A DNA stretch of 64,000 bases, taken from contig NC_042998.1 in assembly GCF_006345805.1 (NCBI RefSeq), positions 181,784,001 to 181,848,000 of the forward strand, in the 5' to 3' direction. Shown one piece after another: positions 1 to 14,400 of the stretch. The position numbers and the translations under genes are program-made. Numbering within the stretch: position 1 is the stretch's first letter; every line of letters begins with the position of its first letter. This DNA comes from Octopus sinensis. Lineage: Eukaryota. The notes under the pieces are model-generated. The model worked only from the letters and a program-made list of their open reading frames with translations, searched no databases and was not told where the DNA came from.

Positions 1-471
1 TAAACATTAGCTTACATCGCCATATCAAAAAAAGTTGTGTCAAGGCTTGATCTGTGAAATACAGCGTTTCATCACTTGATCTTCCTCAGTTTCTTTCCAA
101 GTAGCTGCATTCAATAAAGGCTGAAGGTTATGGTAAAATATACTATGCAAAGGGTTAGAACTTTCAACCTCATGGTCGCAAAGTAAACTTCTTAATTATT
201 TGGCCATGCCTATGGGTGTGTAAAACACTCACACACACACACATACACGTGTGTATATGTGCATCTATATATGTAAAGAAAGAGGCAGAGAGAGAAAACA
301 CTGTCTGACATAGATGGAAATATTCTGTGAAATGTAGCATTAAATTTCCAGTAAGTATTTTTACACAGCACTAAATGCTTCAGGTCCTATAGTTAGTGTC
401 ATAATTTGCTATTAAACTAACTTTTACAAACACAAACACATACATGTTATATATATATGTGCATATATATT

Positions 472-505
<34 letters not shown>

Positions 506-815
506 CCTCGGACCCGTCTCAGAGAGCAGAAACTCTGAAGATGAACTGACTCAGGCTTTGACAACCAGTCCAACCCACACAAACTTGGAAAGAAAATATA
601 ACATACTCATTATTATATAATTATGTGTGTGTACATTATATTTATATGCATGTTAAAGAGAGCCATTAATAATTTCCAATGCACATTATCTTTTCATTTT
701 ATTTCTGTTGGATGGAAAATGATATTCATGTCATCACTTGACATGATCTCCCACTTGCTACTGCTGTACAGGTTTAAACTTGAAGCATTAAGTGTTTATT
801 AGTGTTGTGTTAGAC

Positions 816-1300
816 ATGGCTGCTCCACTTTCTGTTTGATCCAAATTAGAACAGTGTTCAGTGATCCAAATTTATGTGGGCTGAAAGTATAGCCGAATCC
901 ATAATTGATTGGAGGCCTTCAGCAAAGCATTGGAAATGTGCCTTCTCGGTATGAACTGTCTACAAATGGATTGGAAACTTCAGAAATGGTCATGCAAGTG
1001 TCATACATTAGGAATGAATCAGACATCCAACCAGTTCCAACTGGCATTAAATGAATCCTTGAAGTGGCTCTGTTGAATAGGCAGTTGATTGATGAAGTAG
1101 CCAATGGTATATAAAGTTTGTGTGTAACATGGGCCCCTAAAACAACTTACAGTATTGCACAAGGAAAATTGTTTTGAAATCTGCCAACAACTTTTGGATT
1201 ACTATTGTAAAGGAGGTGATGTCTTCTTAGAAGAAAATATCTTCACTAGTGTCAATTTTTATGAGCAATTTTTATAAATGCATTGCAAATAAACCTACCC
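816..1300 (+). mobile_element. Degenerate mariner (Tc1/mariner) transposase N-terminal remnant
   Basis: Piecewise translation from ATG 816 gives MAAPLSV..K.EQ.SVI, then W.ES..., VYKWIGNFRNGH (HTH), LIDEVAN and TWAPK.L (cf. the mariner WVPxxL linker). Many stops and frameshifts. The ORF-track entry 919-1104(-) is its antisense shadow. Confidence 0.7.
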
Positions 1301-1906
1301 TCATGAATATATATATACATATATATATCTTCGTTTATATATTTGTATGGATGTCTATATATTTGTGTGTGTGTGTGTGTGTTTTTCTGCATATGTGTGT
1401 GCATTTATGCAAAAGGATTTCAGAAAATACACCAATCAATCATTAACCAACTTACAAATTTACCAACTAGAATTGACTGATTAGCATTATTCACCAACGG
1501 CATATTATTAATTAATGTCATGATTTCAATAAACTGAAAAGTAATTAGTTATTATTTACATAATTTATTTTTAAAATATGAAAGCACTGATAAAACTTTG
1601 AAAGCATTTCTGAAATGAGATGTTATGAGTTAAATGTCTTAAATATGGTGCAACAGACTCGTTATGATTGTTGTTCACGACAAGCTTGGTTTATTCTTTC
1701 GATAGACATAATATTTTCATCACTTCAACTAAAGCTCTTGCAAATTAGTAAATTTTCTGCACATGATGCACACACACACACACACACACACACAAAGAGA
1801 GAGAGAGAGAGAAAGGAATTTTTTATGCCCTTGTGTGTGTGCATTTATGCATATATAGATAGATGCATAAATATATATGCATGTGTGCATATACATACAT
1901 ACATTA

Positions 1907-1947
<41 letters not shown>

Positions 1948-2513
1948 CAATTTAGCTTGTAGATATTAGTTTGGTTTCACATTCACTAACATGCTCGAAA
2001 ATAATGTAAAGAATGTGTTAATGTAAGTGAAGCCTTATGACTTTAGGTATCAGTTGTTAACTAGATTCCTACAAGCATAAATTTGAGATATGCATTAAGC
2101 AAATCTATGTGTACAAAAGTGAAATAATCTCTTCGAATGATGCATCTTAGTGAGAATGTGTGTGTATGATTAAATTATTTCTTTCCATGCTGAAGTGCTG
2201 AACATTTAAACAGTACAGGTATTTGGATGTTCAAGAACCTGTATTTCTAACTTTTGGCTGCAGTTTTATGGGTATTGTAGCAGGTTTTTAGGGAGTAGGG
2301 GTTTCTTTATGTGGTTTTTTTGATAAACAAAAAATAGAAAACTTCGAAACCTACCAAAATCCAAAATATAGTTTGTTTGCCCATTTGACATTTTGCCTGC
2401 AACTCCCATATCTAATTTTTTTTTATCAGTGAATCATGCCAACATTGGACTAAGATTAATGTGTGTGTGTGTGCATATATATATATATATATATACATAC
2501 ATATATATGCACG

Positions 2514-2562
<49 letters not shown>

Positions 2563-5500
2563 TATATATGACACCAACCCTCTTCAGACCTAATTAAGGT
2601 TTATCAAGATCAGTATATTTTATCATTTTATATTACAGAATTAACTAAATTACATGAAGCTTAGGATACATGTTTTTAAATAGATATTTTCTTCCATACT
2701 ATATAATGCTATACCTATTTACATTTACTTACACTCATACAGTGTTCTTATCTAATATATACACACACACGCACACACACACAAACACACTCATCTATTC
2801 AATGAATAATTCTATTTTCATATTATCTTTTAATAATTTCCGGAATGAATTACACATTGTAAAGCATGTATTGTGTGTATTTTATGAGTAAAAAGTCTTA
2901 TAGAAATCCATGAATGTTTTGCAAAATATCATGACAAAATGTCCTTCCCCTCTGATTTCTTCCAGTATAACTTATGAAGAAAAATATATTCTTATTTTTC
3001 CCTCCTTAAATATATATATATCTTCCCTATTATGATATAAGCCACCTCATTGATTCTTTTTTCTGAGAGTATTTCATGTTGTTTGTGACAGTTTGGTATT
3101 GAGATAAATGCATTAGACTAGATGTTTTATGCTATCTTAATTTGGTGTCTCATATTTGGGAGTTCAACTCCACGTGAGGTTAACTCATAGGCATATTATA
3201 TTTTGAGAGTCATAAAATAAATGTTAGTAAGTCTACTGGAGTAAGATAAATTTGGGATAAGAATGGTGTCAATCCTGATCTTTGAGTAGCAACCAGTAAA
3301 ATAGGAGCTTTCGTTTTATAACTATGTGTCAGTCATGTTCTTATTCTTGTTCTTACTAGTCCTTTCTGTTCTTTTGACTCTATTCTTCAGTATTGTTTAC
3401 AAAAGATGAAGACATCTGTAATGACTTCTTTTACAGTATTGTAATAAAATGTCTTGGCAAGAAACAAAATTTACTCAGTTTCACCTTTCTATTTCATGGA
3501 TCTTAATTATTGTAAATAATGACTAGATATACAAAGCTAACCATGCTTGACCTGTTTATGGTCAAGTTGAGATTTAAGAATAAAACTTCATCTGTTCATG
3601 ACTAAAGTCAGAAACCAGTGGTGTTTACTTACAAATGAGGTGGTTGGATGTATATACATTTTACAAATCTTTATACATAGACTAATAGATTGTCATTAAA
3701 GTTTTAATATATATTTTCTCTTATCACTTTGTGATTTTAGTGTAGATTATCTCAGACTTACTGTAAAAAGTGGTCTCTGCCCGAAGATTTGTTGTGGTTC
3801 TTCTAAAGTCTTCTTTTTTTTTTAAACCTGTTGAAATTTATTTGACTCCATGATTGTAGTAAATTTTGTAGTAAATGTATTATAGTAAAATTATTTAAAG
3901 TTCAAATATTCAAACAGGAACACTAAGTTTTCTACCCTTTAGACTTCTATTAACTACATACATGCTGAATGAACACTTTCTATATTCCTGCATTATTTGC
4001 CAGATTTCTTATATATTCACATACATGCATACATACACATACATTTTCATACATATGCATGCAATATTGTAGATTTATAATCAATTTGAATTTCATGATT
4101 TGCAGTAATACTTTTTTTTAATATGAAGATATTTTAAAATTATTACATTTGAAATTGAAATTTTTTTCTAAGTAAAATGAAAAAGAATGACAAATCCAAA
4201 TCATGTTTGAAAACATTCCTATTTGCTATAAAATTATATTAGTTATTGATATCATAAATGCAGTATCATAATTTATTGTTAAAAGTAAAAATTTGGTGTT
4301 TAACAAAAGAGGAATAAAAATTGTGATTATTTTCAAATTAATTATTCATACTTTGAAACAATTTCCAAAACAATAAATTACCATATCTACACCCACAAAA
4401 ACATTATGAAGATTCTGTACTTTTTCTACAATATTTTTTGATAAATGTAAAAATAAACAAAACCACACTTTTTTTTTTTTTTTAGTGGGGAAAATATAGG
4501 CTGTGAAAAGTTTTTGTAAAAAATATTCTTGATTGTTAACTGATTATATTTACATGAGCTGTATGGTTAGTAATATACTCTGCTTTTAAATCCAGGCAAA
4601 GAACTTGGAATGATTCTTTGAAATATAAAATAATTCCCAGTGCAGTCTCTTATTTGGTTTTTGGTTTCATTTTTTTTTTGTTTTGTTTTGTTTTCTTTGT
4701 TTTTTGGGTGGTGGGGTTTTTCTAATTCTGTTAACTTTAAAAAAAATCTCTTTGCACGTTCTTAAGAATGACTCTCAGAAGAATATGTAAGAATATATCT
4801 TACAAATTCAGTGAATGACCATTAACTTTTCAAGTATACATAATATATATATATATTTTGGAGAGTCTTTTTTTTATCTTTAAGTTTAAAATCATATTTT
4901 TGTGTAAACAATTCCCAATAACACTTTCATTCAAAACCTGTTCCGGTGCTTTTCACTGATTTTTAAGGTATGAGATACTTAGCATATCTAATCTTTATGG
5001 TGTCTATAACTCTGGTCTTAACTGCTTTTATGCCCTCTGGTATACATCAAGAAGATGGTAGGACATGACCTGTGCTTAATTTAATTTTGTAGAAAGATAA
5101 TGAAATATTTATACTAATTATGAAGTATATGTGCAAAACTATATCTACCATAATTCAGGATAATCTTCACAATGTATACAGACACATATGCATACTCTGT
5201 AGAGATAAAGACATGTTTTTTTTCCTATCTATGAAACCTATTCTACTAGTTCTTAAATTACAAGGCCATACAAACTGTGAAGCTGATATGTTAGATCAAT
5301 TAAGGCTTTATTGTTATGAGTTCAATATTTACAGCAGTCATAGATTTTTTTTTTCTCAGTCTGCTTGGTTGACTACAGGTTCCTCTCCTACTTAATAGTT
5401 AATGGGTTAACAGTTAGAAGGCCCTCCAGCTTTAAAAGACTTGTAAATGTCCAAATTTTCAAAAGCAATCCCATCCATTATTAAAGTATGGACAATTGAC

Positions 5501-6829
5501 TGTAATACAATATATTATCCGTACTGTCTTATGTATTCATCTGGGAATGTATTCAAACCTATCTGTATATACATATGCACATATGATTACATGTATGCTC
5601 ACATATTATTAGATATGCACTCAAATAATATATGCACATTATTTACTTTTTCTGTATTCCTTAGTAAGCATACATACTCATATAAACACGCACACACATA
5701 ATTTCAAAAACATTTAGGATGAATACATGGTGCTTTTCTGTGCTAAAATATGGGTAAACTTAATCTGAGACCCCAGATTCTCTTCTCATTTTAAGTGTCT
5801 TCACTCTCTGCATTAATTCCTTCTAAAATGTTTTGAGCACTTCCTCCATAATTTAAGATACCTGACAAATTGATGCAAAAATAGTCATGTAGATGGTCAT
5901 TGAATTGAGATCTATTCATGTTAAATATACTTTGGTGTAGTGCTAATACAATTATCTAAAAGTGGTTGTGCTGTAAGGGCTTTTACTATAGCACAAGCCA
6001 AGTCAAAGGCTTGAATTGCAAGCTAGTGAAACATTTATTATGCAATACTCCTTCAGTGAGCTGTGCCTGTTCATAATACCTTTATAGAGCTAGTTAGACT
6101 AAGCCAGCAAATTTTGTATTGGCCAATGAAATCCCCAATGATGGAATTTGAAATATCAGCCCTCCATCTGATAGTCTGACATCTTTTGACTTGACAGTTT
6201 TTTAATTAAAAAATTTGTGATAATTGAGAGAATGTCCAACTCTATCAATAAATTATGTAAGTTCAGTACTCTCTTACTGCAAAAGGTTTATCATTTGTTT
6301 GCCTTACACATATTATTTTATCTGATTAGATTACATTTAAAAATTTGTTAAAATAAAGTAAGAAGTGGACTAAAATTCTAACGTATTTTGGTAAAAAATC
6401 TCCTAAAGAAGGAAAATAATATGTATTTTTATCTCATTCCAGCATGCTTACTTGGATATTATAATGCACTGTATAATAGAAACTCTAAGCTTATTCTGTT
6501 TAAATGTTAAGTATAGGAGGAAGCAAAATTAAAAATGATGTTGAGTTTCTTGAGCATTTTTTTCTAATACATCAATTATATAGTATAACTGTAGTAGCCA
6601 AGTGAGTAATACCGTAACTACCCAATCATGGCTCATGATTTCATGTCTCTAGAGAGAGTACATGTCTCAATTACATGTCTCTTTTCATGAAGCTTTTTGG
6701 AATTGTATCAGGTTCTTGAAATATTTACCTGTTGGAAAAATATTAGTATCCTATCCAGAAAATATTTATTTTTTTCTACACTTAATACTTCAGAAACTTT
6801 TTTTTTGTTTCTGTAAGTTAGTCAGACTA

Positions 6830-7260
6830 TGAGGAGCCATATTTCATGACCTTTGCAGGCCATCTTCCCACACATGTGGGATTGATAAAATTGATGTTCA
6901 GCTTTAAAATCTGTAGGTCAGTGTTGTTTGCAAGTGTGGACAGGATGAGAATTTTCGATGGCTACAGTTTTGGAGAGGAAGGGAAGGAGAGACAGGTGGG
7001 GTTGGACAGAGGAGCTATGTCACTAGCCAGTTCAGATGATCAAAGGCTTTTGTTAAAGTAATAGAAGTGGAAGAGAAAAGAACCAATACATTTGTGCACC
7101 GGTGGTTGCAGTATGTTGATCAATGAGCCAATCAGCTGAGTGGCCTTCTTTTGGATGTAGTCTAGTGTGTTTTTCTATATATGTGTATATGTAACAGCTG
7201 CACCGTCCCACAACTGTGAGCAGTACTCTTATGTATGTCTTTCATGAAATATTTCCTGGT
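6830..7260 (-). mobile_element. Old CR1/L2-like LINE ORF2 3' fragment
   Basis: Minus strand reads ..LDYIQKKATQLIG..ILQP..H...S..FY.F...SSELAS, resembling the C-terminal part of CR1/L2-group ORF2. Heavily degenerate. Confidence 0.4.
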
Positions 7261-9639
7261 TAACTAGGATAAAGTCCTCATATAGTCTTACAGTTTGTTA
7301 AATAATTACCAAATTAGCTGAATATTACAACCATTGCTCAAAACCAAAATGAAACTGAAAGACAGCTTTGTGTTCTATGCAATAAATAACACATTTAAAA
7401 CACAGGTATTAGTCTAATACAAAATTTTGATCATTAGATTAACTGGACTTTCTGGATATATATAGAGAGATAGATAGATTGATATGTGTATATATATATG
7501 CATACACACATACACTCTGTAAATACTCATTTTTCTATATCTGGCTAGCTCTATAAATTTTGATAGTTATGATTTGAATGAAAAATAAAAAGAAAAAATA
7601 TAAGTAAAAGTTCTATATATAAAATCAATAAAAGATTACTTTTTTATAGCTCTATTTTCATTTTTCACTTTTTTTTCTAATAACCATTTTCTAATTCACT
7701 AATGCCTAAATTATAACAATAAGTATTAAACAAAGTTATTTTAGCGCTTCTGTTGTGTATAATTTAGTCTGTAATAAAAAGGGATGAATATATATATATA
7801 TATAATGGATTGATAGTGTAGTATGGTATGATTGCAATTACAGAAAAAAAAAGTAGACAGTGAAGTAGAGTGGAATAATAATTGTTCAAATTTGAGTCAA
7901 TGTAAGTCACTGCTTAGAATTTCATGTTTCTGATCTTCAGATGAATGATTTTAAAATGTTACAAGCTTGTTTATATACAATGCCAGTTCTGGTTTCATAC
8001 CAAGTTATTTTCAGTGGGTACTGGTACTAAATAGTCCCAACCACTATGTTTATAATGCGGAGCATGAAACACCAAGTAGTAACTTGCACAGATTCAATTT
8101 TGAATATTGTGTGTGTGATAGTAGATAGATAAAAGATAGATAGGGCTGATGTTCAAAATTCAGTTCACTAATCATAATTGCATTGTGACTCTAGGCAAGG
8201 CTCAAAAATTTTTCTTCTTGCCTCAATCAACCTGAATGGTAATAGATATGCACCGTTCACATTTACACACATTATAGTTGAATGTGTTAGTTTTAGTAAG
8301 AGTGTTATTAATCCATAAACATTTATTAAACTCTTTGGGGTTTTTTTAGCCCAAGTTAACCTAAAAATTAGATCACTCAACACTCAAAATTTCTCAAGTA
8401 ATTTATTCAAATATAAGGAAATGCATACTGTTAAGCTAAGCAACATTTATTTTGTAACTCAGACTTAAGATAGTGCTTTCTTTGATAAACTTGGTGTTGA
8501 ACTGATATTGGAATATATATATTCTTTTGTAAATAAAAGTTAAGCCATGAGTCTGGTCAGCATAAGTGTGATTGGATGTCCATTTGAAAAATTTGTGTTT
8601 GTATTGATAGCTAGTTGCAGTGGTGATATTCTGTCAGGTTGTTAAATTCTTGGGTAAATCTCTGAAAAGAAATATCTTGATATGTAAATAAATTATTAGA
8701 AACAGTTCAGATGAACATAAAATTATAAGGATATGTATCTGTTGGATGTTTTACTTGAAGAATCTTATCAGAAAAGAATGAAAAAATAATCTATTTTTTA
8801 ATTGTTTTATTACTTAATTTGTGAAAATGTCCACCTTTCTCTTGAAACTTAATAGTACCAAACTATTCTGTACAGATAATGGTCATGTGAGTCATAGGAA
8901 AAATTTCTTTAAAAGACTATTATATTGGTACTTTAAAAAGATTTAATGATTTTATTTCTAACATTTATGTTACTTTTGATACCAGTTGGACTAACAAATA
9001 ATATAGTTTATATTTGTCACCATATACTACCTATTAGTTTAGAAAATGGTATTTTTAAGAAAAAAAATTTGGTGCCGTTATGTTACCAAAAAGTAAAATT
9101 TTAAACCTCTAAAGATCTAAGTTTCCTAAAATTAACATAAAGAATAAAACCCATACGAATGCAACAAATTAATTTCGAAGAACAAAAATGGCTTTCTTTT
9201 GTATAAATAACTCTTCAATTTACATATGTTAATTCTAATTACTAATAGAAAAAAAATCACTTAACCTCTTATTACTAGAATAATCTTACATTTTTCCCAG
9301 CTACTGACAAATGTCAAGTTTATAAGAGCTATGAAAAAAGAATCTTCATAATGAAGCACACTTCTCCTCAAAACAGGAAAGTTTAAAAAAGAATCAAACT
9401 GAAATAATAGACTCCATGATAATAGTTAAAACCATTTAACAGTAGCTCCTTTTATTACTACTATCTATTTTATTATCGCTACTGCTATTAATTAGTTTGA
9501 CTAATATTAAATATTCACCATTATTTTTATTTTAATACAAACATTCCTTTTTTTATTTTATATTTCACATTCTTTTTTAAAACTCTACCTTCAAAGTTGT
9601 TGCTATTTTATAAAATTAAACTACATTGTCATCATTCAT

Positions 9640-9739
9640 GTTCGTCTAAGCAAAGGACTAAATATAAATAGTACCAGTCTTCTGCTTCGTGTTCGTCTAA
9701 GCAAAGGACTAAATATAAATAGTACCAGTCTTCTGCTTT
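9640..9739. repeat. 51-bp tandem duplication
   Basis: GTTCGTCTAAGCAAAGGACTAAATATAAATAGTACCAGTCTTCTGCTT occurs at 9640 and again at 9691. Confidence 0.95.
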
Positions 9740-9872
9740 GTCATAGAGTATATACATATAAATATCCATTTTGTGATTTAAAATGCCCACTGAAAATTGC
9801 ATCAACTCCTTTTGTCATTTCTTTCAAACACAAAAATTATTTTTTACATAAAAATAAAAGCACCAAATTCTG

Positions 9873-9897
9873 CCCCTCCCCCCCCCCCCCCCCCCAC
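9873..9897. repeat. Poly-C tract (poly-G on minus)
   Basis: CCCCTCCCCCCCCCCCCCCCCCACC seen directly. Confidence 0.9.
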
Positions 9898-10281
9898 CTT
9901 CTTATTTCTGAATAATATCATCCAGCTTTGTTTTTCAAGAGTCTTGTGTTATTTCATGATTTAAATATCTTAATAGTTCTCATGCATCTTACTAACATTT
10001 CGATTTGAAATATTGACAAAACTTCTTTTTTTTTTTTGCAGTCACCCTCAATAACCAACCATGCAAAATTTGGTTCTCTATTGCACAAATTTGAAATTTA
10101 TGTTAATTCATGCAATCATTAACTTTTTTTTAAAAAATGGACTAAATACAAAATAATTCACAGTTGGAAATAAGCCTCTCTAAATGGTATTAATTAAATA
10201 CTATGTAAAATACTTGTTATTCCCATTTTTGTAATTCTAAGCAGTTAATTAAGTCTTCATTTATCTGCTGAAATTTGAATT

Positions 10282-10328
<47 letters not shown>

Positions 10329-10767
10329 ACACAAATTGTCTAGACTAATATGTATATATCTGTGAAATGTAGTGATATATTTTCATTTTAAAATATTCTT
10401 CACTCCTAAGTGTCTTCTTCTATGGATATGTTCCTTTCCCTGTCAAAAAATAGTTATTACTTATTAAATATTAAATATTACTGAATGCAAATTAAAATTA
10501 TATATTGCTGTTTGCTGAAAATTGTTCTTTATCTTTATTGTTTAATCTCAACTAGGTTTCTTTATCAGTGAGATAATTTTGTTCTTGCTACGGTTAATTT
10601 GAGTTATTTGTTTCCCAAAATTCTATTTGGTTAGAATTATTCCATTTAAAAAGAGTTTATTTTTCATATTTTTATACTCCCAATTCTGATTTTATAAATT
10701 TGTTTTTGTTCTTAGCAATAACCCAGAAAATGAAGGTGAATAAGGATTATCTTATATTGATTTGCTC

Positions 10768-10800
<33 letters not shown>

Positions 10801-12429
10801 TATATTATACACATTAGTTTATACTGAAACTATATTTACCTGCTGAAATACACAATTCAAACAATGATTTACTTTATTAATATTTTTTTTAATTAATATT
10901 CTTCAAAGTATGAAGAAATCAATGTGAAAATAGGAATTCTTATTTTACTAAGCTAGTTTTTTTGTTTTCCTACCAATCCATTTGTAAGTTATAAATAGTG
11001 TAAAAAGAAAATTTTGAAATAGATTTAGAAACATTTTGAAAATGAATTGTAACTTATACTAAAACCAACATGCTCCGTGACAGTGTCTCTAGATCACATT
11101 CTTTCACTGTGCCACTCAATATGCTACAATTTAACTATTCACCTTCATGTGGAAATAGTATAGGCTACATGTTATATATCCCAAAGCCACTTGCAACAGC
11201 AGACCTCTAACTTTTAATATTTGTATAATATTAAGAGCATTTATAAGTTGTATATATGTAATGGTCATTTGGAGATGGGGAGGGCTGTTACACACCTAGA
11301 TATACATCAACTGTCTATTGACTATGAATGGTTGCTAACTACTTTCATTAACTTACCCTCAGTAGAAGGTTGACTGGAGTTTGCTGTATTCTGAAATTCA
11401 TTTTAACCTCTGAAGTATTTTCCTAATTGTTCGCAGTTATTTTGTGTATGTAACAATTTTTTTATTGTCTAAGATGTTCTAATTACTTATCCCAATACTT
11501 AGCCTTTTCGTTTTCTATTTTGACACATGGCTAAGTAGTTAGGTATTGGGTTCTTGACTCATAAGGATCGCAAATTCCTATCCTTGCTCTGTGTTATTAG
11601 CCAAAAAAAAAAAATCATTAAGTTGTGTATTGTTTTCTAGTTTACACTGATAAAGCCAGAAAAGGGAATTTGAGTACCTCTTGTATTAAACAGGGGTTCA
11701 TTGTTATTTATTCCCCAGATTAACTCTGCAAGAACAGATAAGCCAGTGGTTAAAGGCCATGCAATATAAGCCAAGTTGAGCTTTGCTTTCATCTACCTGA
11801 GGTAGATAAAAGATGTACTAGTCAAATACTAGGTCACACCTTCTTTGCTTATGCTTTATTAAAACTTATTGTTTGAATTGAAATCAAGTTTCTTTGATAT
11901 TCAATAGGAATTATTTCCTTTTTATTTGCTTTCATTAATTTTCTCAATTTTTTTGTTTTTGCTTTCATTAATTTCTCAGTATTTACTGACCTATTACGAA
12001 TTGTACATTTATTATTACTAGATGTCTTCTCAACTTTAGTGACATCTGATCAGGCAGACTACTAGAAGCCATACATACTACATTTGGTTGTACAAACAAG
12101 AAATAGAAGTACTCAATACAAAGAAGTAGAGCATATATATTTTATGAGCTAAAATTTTTGTCTTAATAATATATGGAAGCTGTTCATATATATGCACACA
12201 TATCATATATATATATAAGATTCAGTTGGATTAGGTACTTAAGTTGAGGCACCAAGTCAGTCTGGTATTACTGCACAGCTCAAAGTGTATATATATATAT
12301 ATATTCAAATCTGGAGCTCTTTTCTGTTTTTAATTCAAGTTTCTAGAAGAAAGCAATATAAATGGGAAACCTAAACTAGTTAGAAGGCCTCAGTTTTGAA
12401 TGAATAAACTCTGTTTCATAAATTGAGTC

Positions 12430-12471
<42 letters not shown>

Positions 12472-12654
12472 TATTAGAAAGGTAGCTCAAAATGACTATA
12501 GATGTTGCAGATGAACTGTCCTGAGATTTTTATTTCTTTTAGCAAGTGCTGATGTTGAAAAAAATCATGCCTTTGTAGTAATTGTTATATTTTTCAAAGC
12601 AAAACCAAAAGTAGAAAAAGACAATGTATTTTCTTGATTGTCACTTATTTGATT

Positions 12655-14400
12655 ATATTGACACCGTAAGTGGTTTTTGAACAGCAAAAGAATATTTTTA
12701 GAGCCAGCCAACATTCAGTAAGATGACTATAGCCTAGCGACAATTCATCAAAAGTTTGGTGATAACCTCACAAACTGTGCTTTCTATGCATATTAGTCTC
12801 ATTAGAACCATCATTGTTAGCTTTCTAGCTTGTCATCTTAATGTTGAGCTGATTTCAGATTTGAAACTGGTGGTCCTGTTACTTAAGTCAATAGGAAACA
12901 CTTCCTGATTGTTATCCCTGAGATTTGTTGATAGGTTTCTTTGCATTTTAATATGTAGAACAGGTGAATATCAGAGAGAACATTTCAACCACTACTTACT
13001 AAAGAAAACATTATCAAACGACTACTTCGCAGTGTGTGCCTCTCATTGTTATTCATAGATCTTGTTACAAGCAGCCACTTTCTTTCAAATTTTTATTATT
13101 TCAAATCTTTTTTCTGTTCTACTTTTTTATTTTTCCAAATACAAAACAACTTTCTGTGATAGTTTAAAATATTGTTCCTTGATTCATGCCTATTATAAAG
13201 TTGGTGTTAAATCTGAAACTTTTTTTGTCTGTGAATTCCTAGCCAAATTTTCTAACACCCTTCAACTATTTTCAGTCTAAATCAAGGGTTTTATTTTTGT
13301 TCTTATTGATTTTCTTTCCAGTGGATAAGAAAATCTTTCAAAAGAGAAGTACTAAAGACACAAGCATTCAGTATATTTAAGGTATTAGTATCATTTCTGG
13401 GTACTGTATATCTTAAATCTCTTTATTATTCATTTCTCAGGAAATCATTATAGAGTTATAAGAGTTATAGTCTTTTTATTGGTTCTGTTTAATTATAAAA
13501 TTCAATATAGAATTCTCCATTGACTACTTGATCAGATTGTTCTAGAATCTTGCATTTAGAAGTAAGGTCCAATTTGACAAAATAGTTATTAGACTGGTCA
13601 GCTTTACATCAATAAAATTTAGTGTTTCATATGTTTAGAAAGGTATGAATGTCACAATTTCCCATTCCCTACTCCCTCAACATATAAACACACTCTTCCT
13701 AGTCAAACAAAGTAAATGTTTAGACTACCAATTGTGTTCAGAATGTACTTGTAGCCTTACTTCATTTTCTAAAACAATATTTAATATGGAAGTTCTTGAT
13801 ATTACATTTAATTACCAAAACTGCACACTTGTACTGGCTTAAGGATTTTGTTCTTTATTCTTGTAAGAAATGAGGTCTTCATAAGAATACTATATCTAAG
13901 AAGGTGTTATGTGTTCCATCACTAGCACTCTTTTCACGTTCTGAATATCTATCTTTTAGATTTTAAATCTCTGTGTTGATATTGAGTATTCAATAAATCT
14001 AATAAATCTAAGTTGTCTATCGTAGGTAATCTATAACTTTTGATATTGATGCATTCACATCTGTAAATTATATTTTCACTGCTGTTAGAAACATTAGCAT
14101 TAAAAGATTCTTCCAAAGGTTAACTGATGAACATTTTCAAATCTTTTAGAAGTTCTTATGGTGTGATGCTTCTATTTGGCTTTTCAAGCATTTAATCAAT
14201 AATCATCTATGAAATGTTTCATTTCTAAATAATGCTTGTTATTCTCTTTAAATTCTTTCAAATTCTGGATGAGTTTAATAATCATAATGCAAACCATCAA
14301 TATTTTCATTTGTTTTCCTTTACCATATTCCTCCTTTCTTATTATTTTTTTCATTCTACTTCCTTTTTTTTCTTCCAATTGTAGAAACAAATAGTAAATC
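12655..14400 (-). mobile_element. Highly degenerate Penelope-like element (RT/GIY-YIG remnants)
   Basis: Minus-strand pieces ETLNFIDVKL (cf. PLE RT xxFLDV), K.WLGI...F..., CIWK.K...FEIIK, and a decayed hammerhead-like TTGATGA...TCAAAAACCAC..GTGTC at 12660-12755. All are weak, broken matches. Confidence 0.35.

Noticed and set aside
16-124. Minus-strand exon candidate ending in GTAAGC
   Set aside because: All frames from the upstream acceptor stop. The sequence looks more like a mariner C-terminal remnant.
502-600. CTGAAGATG after a (TA)n tract as a hammerhead or exon
   Set aside because: No downstream GAAA, stems or splice sites that fit.
919-1104. Protein-like 61-aa minus ORF as a terminal exon
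   Set aside because: It is the antisense of a degenerate plus-strand mariner transposase.
1151-1225. 75-nt minus exon with GTAAGT donor
   Set aside because: Lies inside the mariner remnant, so the splice-like sites are probably chance.
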